Source of the DNA: an uncultured Verrucomicrobiae bacterium
GTDB taxonomy: Bacteria; Verrucomicrobiota; Verrucomicrobiia; Chthoniobacterales; JAFAMB01
DNA: 64,000 nucleotides
Direction of reading: 5' to 3'
Assembly (NCBI GenBank): GCA_963762565.1
Contig: CAVXLD010000003.1
Span: forward strand, 448,001-512,000
The position numbers and the translations under genes are program-made. Below the pieces are notes generated by a model. The model saw nothing but the letters and a program-made list of their open reading frames with translations, had not been told where the DNA came from and searched no databases. Positions 60,505-64,000 of this stretch are shown here, piece by piece (position 1 is the stretch's first letter; each line of letters starts with the position of its first letter).

Positions 60505-60525
60505 GAGACAAAAGGGGTCAGTCAA
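60505..60525. repeat. Site I: left half site
   Basis: GAGACAAAAGGGGTCAGTCAA with no inverted partner. Confidence 0.85.
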
Positions 60526-60633
60526 GGGATCAGTACTGCGACCAATACGGTCATCGCGACCGTAGGATAATCATTGACAGGATCGAGTCTTAACCAGCAA
60601 CAGATTTTCGCGATGTTTGTTCGCCTACCGTTC

Positions 60634-60980
60634 TCACCGCATCCTGGCCCGATAACAGAAGCCGATGATGATAATGACTAAGGGCAAGAACAACGCGACC
60701 GGCGTCCACACATGCATCATCGTGAGCACAATCTGGTTGAGGACAAAAAGCGCGCAGTAAAGATAAAGGCCCCACAGCCGCATCAACCAGAAGCCGATGA
60801 GCGAAACCAGTCCTACTAACGTGCTAACCGCCAGAAGGGTGGATACCAAGAGCCGATCTGCGACGCGTAGCTGGAAAAAACCAGAGGAATAGCAAATAGG
60901 ACACCGATAAAGGCGAGGATACAGATAATCGTAATTATGACAGGCCGGCCCTTCGCGGCCGCAGAGGGAGATTCACTCAT
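60634..60980 (-). pseudogene. Frameshifted small membrane protein
   Basis: MSESPSAAAKGRPVIITIICILAFIG...QIGSWYPPF continues as LAVSTLVGLVSLIGFWLMRLWG... in another frame; span is 347 nt, one short of a codon multiple. Confidence 0.65.
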
Positions 60981-61065
60981 GAGCTGGTAATAGGTATTGA
61001 AGGGGACTAGGCTCGAGGAATTAACAGGTGCGCTCTCTCGTGGCGAGCCTTTTCCGAGCCGTCCA

Positions 61066-61209
61066 AGCGGCGGTCAAAATGCAATCGGGACAGGCACCAT
61101 CGGGGGTATGCTTTCCGCCACGGTCTTGGCCATCTTTTTTGTGCCGCTCTTTTTCGTCGCCACTTTGCGGTTGTTGAGAGTGAAACCGAAGACACTTACT
61201 AGCAAGTAA
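61066..61209 (+). pseudogene. C-terminal fragment of an AcrB-type RND transporter
   Basis: [31 protein letters not shown] matches the last TM helix of HAE1 pumps. Confidence 0.8.
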
Positions 61210-61232
61210 CCGGGGTGAGGCCTCGCAGACTC

Positions 61233-61619
61233 AGCCTAGCAGACTGTCGAAAAACGCAGGTGTCCGTCCCGGAGGGACAAGGTAATAGCAGCCTGGCCTG
61301 GAGGGGAGCCGCTTTGGAACGAGCCTAAAGATCTCGTGATATTCTATCCATTGCGAGGAACGCAAAATAGGGTGTTAAACAGGCGGCTCCCGGGAATTAC
61401 CGCACGAATGTTTTGTCCATAGTTCCGTTCGGAGATTGTTCATCCGGGCGTCGTGCCAACAAACCTAACGCGCGTTGAAACGTTCCCGGGAGCCGCCTGT
61501 TTAAGGAGATTTCCGGTCATGCACGCGTCCAGGCAAATATCGCGGGGTCTTCTGTTACGTGCCAAAGCGGCTCCCCTCCAGGCCAGCAGACATGCGTTTT
61601 TTCAACAGTTTGCTAGGCT
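61233..61619. mobile_element. MITE-like element with nested inverted repeats
   Basis: AGCCTAGCAGACTGTCGAAAAACGCA ... TGCGTTTTTTCAACAGTTTGCTAGGCT ends; internal IR pairs GGCCTGGAGGGGAGCCGCTTTGG and TAAACAGGCGGCTCCCGGGAA. Confidence 0.75.
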
Positions 61620-61673
61620 AAAATCTATCAGCCCCGAAATGCTTCGGGGTAAACGCTTCGCGCCTTTGAGATA

Positions 61674-61689
61674 ATTGGGCAACAGCCCC
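61674..61689. repeat. Solo IS1182 terminal repeat
   Basis: ATTGGGCAACAGCCCC is the exact reverse complement of 43950-43965. Confidence 0.65.
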
Positions 61690-61873
61690 GACGTTTGCCG
61701 GCGAAAGCAAGAATATCCGATGCGAACCGGCTTCCATTAGGTCTAAGAAAAAATATAATTTTTTGAGTATATGTTCCTTTGGTCGGCATCTCTAAGGAAA
61801 AGCTCAGACGGTGATGATCCTCTGTCTGTGCAACCTGAATACCCATAGAAAGCGTCGATTTGGCGCGTGTGAC

Positions 61874-62932
61874 ATGAAAAACTCCGAAAAAATCAGATTG
61901 TATCTGCCTCTCAATCTTAACCTCGCCGCCATCACGTTCGCTCTGTTAATCATTTCTTCCGCTATGACGCCGGTATGGGCGCAGGACCAATCCGGCGGAC
62001 CTTTGGTTACAAGGCTGCCGATGAACAAGGTCATCGCCACCGTGCCCGTTGGCAGTGCTCCCCAGGGAATCGTGGTTACCCCCAATACCAGCTTTGTCTA
62101 CGTTGCCAACGGTGGTTCAATCTCACTTTCCGAAATAGACACTAAGACCAATACCGTTGCGCTTAATGTGCCTTTGAACAACTCGCCAGGCGCTCTAGCG
62201 ATCAAACCAGATGGGAGTACGCTGTACATCGCCAATTACTATGCCTCAAGCGTTTCTGTATTCGATACTGCGAGCAACACCGTTACGCAGGACTTAGCTT
62301 TAAGCGAGGGGCCAAGCTATCTGGCAATGAGCCCGGACGGAACCCAGCTCTATGTCCTCTGCAATTACGAAGAGGGTAATGGGATAATCGCGATTATAGA
62401 TACTCAAACCAATCAGGTTTTGTCGACCACGATCAATGTAGGCGGGTTTCCCCAGTCGCTCGTATTCACAGCGGATGGCAACCACGCCTACGAAGTGAAC
62501 GATCCAGCTACCGCAGTTACTGTGATCGACACAACGACCCAAAGCATATCCGGTACCTTGGCTACTTCCCAGCTCCATGCCGGAGGTCTTGCGCTCCTAC
62601 CCAACGGCGCAAAATTGTTTGTTACCGGTGATAGTACCTACATACAGGTCCTTTTTACGAGTGGAACGGGAAAAAGAAAGATCACACTACCGGAATCCAG
62701 TGGATTTAATACCCCAGCGCTAACCCCAAACGGTCTCTATCTGTATTTACCTATTTTTACTGGTGGCAGCACCACCGTGCTGATGATCGATACTAGGACA
62801 AGTCAAGTTACCGGAAACCCAATTACGGTGGGTCTCCAACCGTATGCCATCGCGATTTCGTCGAATGCCAGACGGGCATACGTTTCTAACTATGCCGATG
62901 GCACAGTCTCGGTGATTAATATTGCTCTCTGA
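61874..62932 (+). CDS. YncE/YVTN-repeat beta-propeller secreted protein
   Basis: Signal/TM segment; repeats VG.P.GI..TP...VYVAN...S.S.IDT.TNTV. Confidence 0.88.
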   Translation: MKNSEKIRLYLPLNLNLAAITFALLIISSAMTPVWAQDQSGGPLVTRLPMNKVIATVPVGSAPQGIVVTPNTSFVYVANGGSISLSEIDTKTNTVALNVPLNNSPGALAIKPDGSTLYIANYYASSVSVFDTASNTVTQDLALSEGPSYLAMSPDGTQLYVLCNYEEGNGIIAIIDTQTNQVLSTTINVGGFPQSLVFTADGNHAYEVNDPATAVTVIDTTTQSISGTLATSQLHAGGLALLPNGAKLFVTGDSTYIQVLFTSGTGKRKITLPESSGFNTPALTPNGLYLYLPIFTGGSTTVLMIDTRTSQVTGNPITVGLQPYAIAISSNARRAYVSNYADGTVSVINIAL

Positions 62933-62940
62933 GGCGCTGT

Positions 62941-64000
62941 CTACTTGCCGATCGTTTCCAAATTGATTCCAGCGGTCTCGATCTGGAAAGCCCGGGTGAC
63001 CGCCGCACCCAACAAAGATGTTCCGACCAGGATATAAAGTAGCGTCTGGGTTCCTATATCAGCCAGCAGGATTGGAAACAGGAACGCGGTCATGACAGCG
63101 CCGATCTTGGCAAACGCAGCGGCGAATCCCGCGCCCATCCCGCGCACAGGCGTCGGGAAGACCTCACCAGCTAGCAAGTAGGTCTGCGCGTTCGGACCGA
63201 GATTGGTCATGAAGTTGAACAACATGAAGCCGAGAAAGATCAGCAGAACATGCAGTTCTCCGGTGCAAAAGCCGGAAAACGAGGCCAGCAACAGACCGGC
63301 GGCGCAGCCAGCAAAGCCGATTATCTGCAGCCGGATCCTGCCGACTCGATCGGCGAGCAGGATGGCGCAAATAACGCCCACGATCAGCAAGATGTCGATC
63401 AGGGCCGCGCCTCTCGCGGCCAGGATGTCGTTGTTGATGAGCTCGGCCAGGTTGCGCACATACTTAGTCTTGTGACCGATTGAGGCTGCGAGGATCGCGG
63501 GTGTAAAGATCCCGATTCCATAAGTCCCGAGATCCTGTAAGAACCAAGGCACCGACGCCAGGATCGTCGCGCGCCGGTTGTGCTTGCTGAATAGAGCCCC
63601 GTAGCCGCGGTTTTGCCTATGATCCCCGGTGGCTTGTCTATAACCGCCGCCCAGCGTAACACCGCGGGGGTAAGGAGGGGTGCGCCGCAGCAGCCGAGCT
63701 GTCTGCTGCTTAGCCAACTCGATTTTACCGCGCGCGAGTAGCCAGTGCGCACTTTCGGTAATGGAAAGACGGCCAACGGTGACCACGAGCCCCGGTACGA
63801 TTGCCGTCGCATACATCCAGCGCCAAGCGCCGATCTGAGGGAGGTTCTTTAGGATAACGTAGCCTACTGCCGTGCCGGTTAGCGCACCGAGCGCCTGGAA
63901 TCCGAAGGCAGCCAGCACTAGTCGACCGCGCAGGCTGCTGGGAATACTTTCGGAAATGATCAAGTGCGCGGTCGGGTAGTCGCAGCCGAGAGCAACGCCG
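62941..64000 (-). CDS. MFS transporter (sugar-porter/PHS-like), 5' end beyond the window
   Basis: GCDYPTAH.IISE.IP...RGRL, WRWM, ESAHWL, ADRVGR, GP...TYLL.GEVFPT..RG.GAG. Confidence 0.88.
   Translation of the reverse strand, partial: GVALGCDYPTAHLIISESIPSSLRGRLVLAAFGFQALGALTGTAVGYVILKNLPQIGAWRWMYATAIVPGLVVTVGRLSITESAHWLLARGKIELAKQQTARLLRRTPPYPRGVTLGGGYRQATGDHRQNRGYGALFSKHNRRATILASVPWFLQDLGTYGIGIFTPAILAASIGHKTKYVRNLAELINNDILAARGAALIDILLIVGVICAILLADRVGRIRLQIIGFAGCAAGLLLASFSGFCTGELHVLLIFLGFMLFNFMTNLGPNAQTYLLAGEVFPTPVRGMGAGFAAAFAKIGAVMTAFLFPILLADIGTQTLLYILVGTSLLGAAVTRAFQIETAGINLETIGK

Noticed and set aside
45948..60525. CRISPR interpretation of the recurring ~33-bp palindrome
   Set aside because: Spacing is hundreds to thousands of bp and irregular, the intervals contain genes, and no cas gene is in the window.
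43133..64000. Prophage or conjugative element
   Set aside because: No structural, terminase, integrase, relaxase or T4SS genes recognised.

Overview
Bacterial chromosomal window; gene content and repeat style suggest a soil Verrucomicrobiota/PVC-type organism (inference, not tested). Positions 1 to ~43,130 are housekeeping and metabolic genes: rnr, a PUR-domain protein, ppdK, a PAP2-ArnT-GT2-CDF envelope operon, gltIJKL, an MHS transporter, acs, tRNA-Asn, a ROK/dehydrogenase/sugar-ABC cluster, dnaX-ybaB, a BtuF-like protein, rex, fumC, mpl plus an M14 peptidase, an M32 carboxypeptidase and a USP. Their intergenic spaces are crowded with several REP-like families, MITE-like elements and 7/8/9-bp periodic arrays. 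Downstream of tRNA-Arg(CCG) (43,059-43,132) the rest of the window is accessory: an att-like duplication of the tRNA 3' end, an intact IS1182 element, many gene fragments and small unknown genes. The most notable structure is a RAYT-type (HUH/Y1) transposase bounded by 29-bp inverted repeats. Its end motif GAGACAAAAGGGGTCAGTCAA...TTGACTGACCCCTTTCGCTTTCTGCA recurs at seven more co-oriented sites across ~15 kb. These take the form of mini-elements, empty palindromes and half sites, which bracket single genes and coincide with gene truncation points. This looks like an integron-like cassette array without an integron integrase, possibly built by the HUH transposase. All product calls rest on motif recognition by eye; no searches were run.
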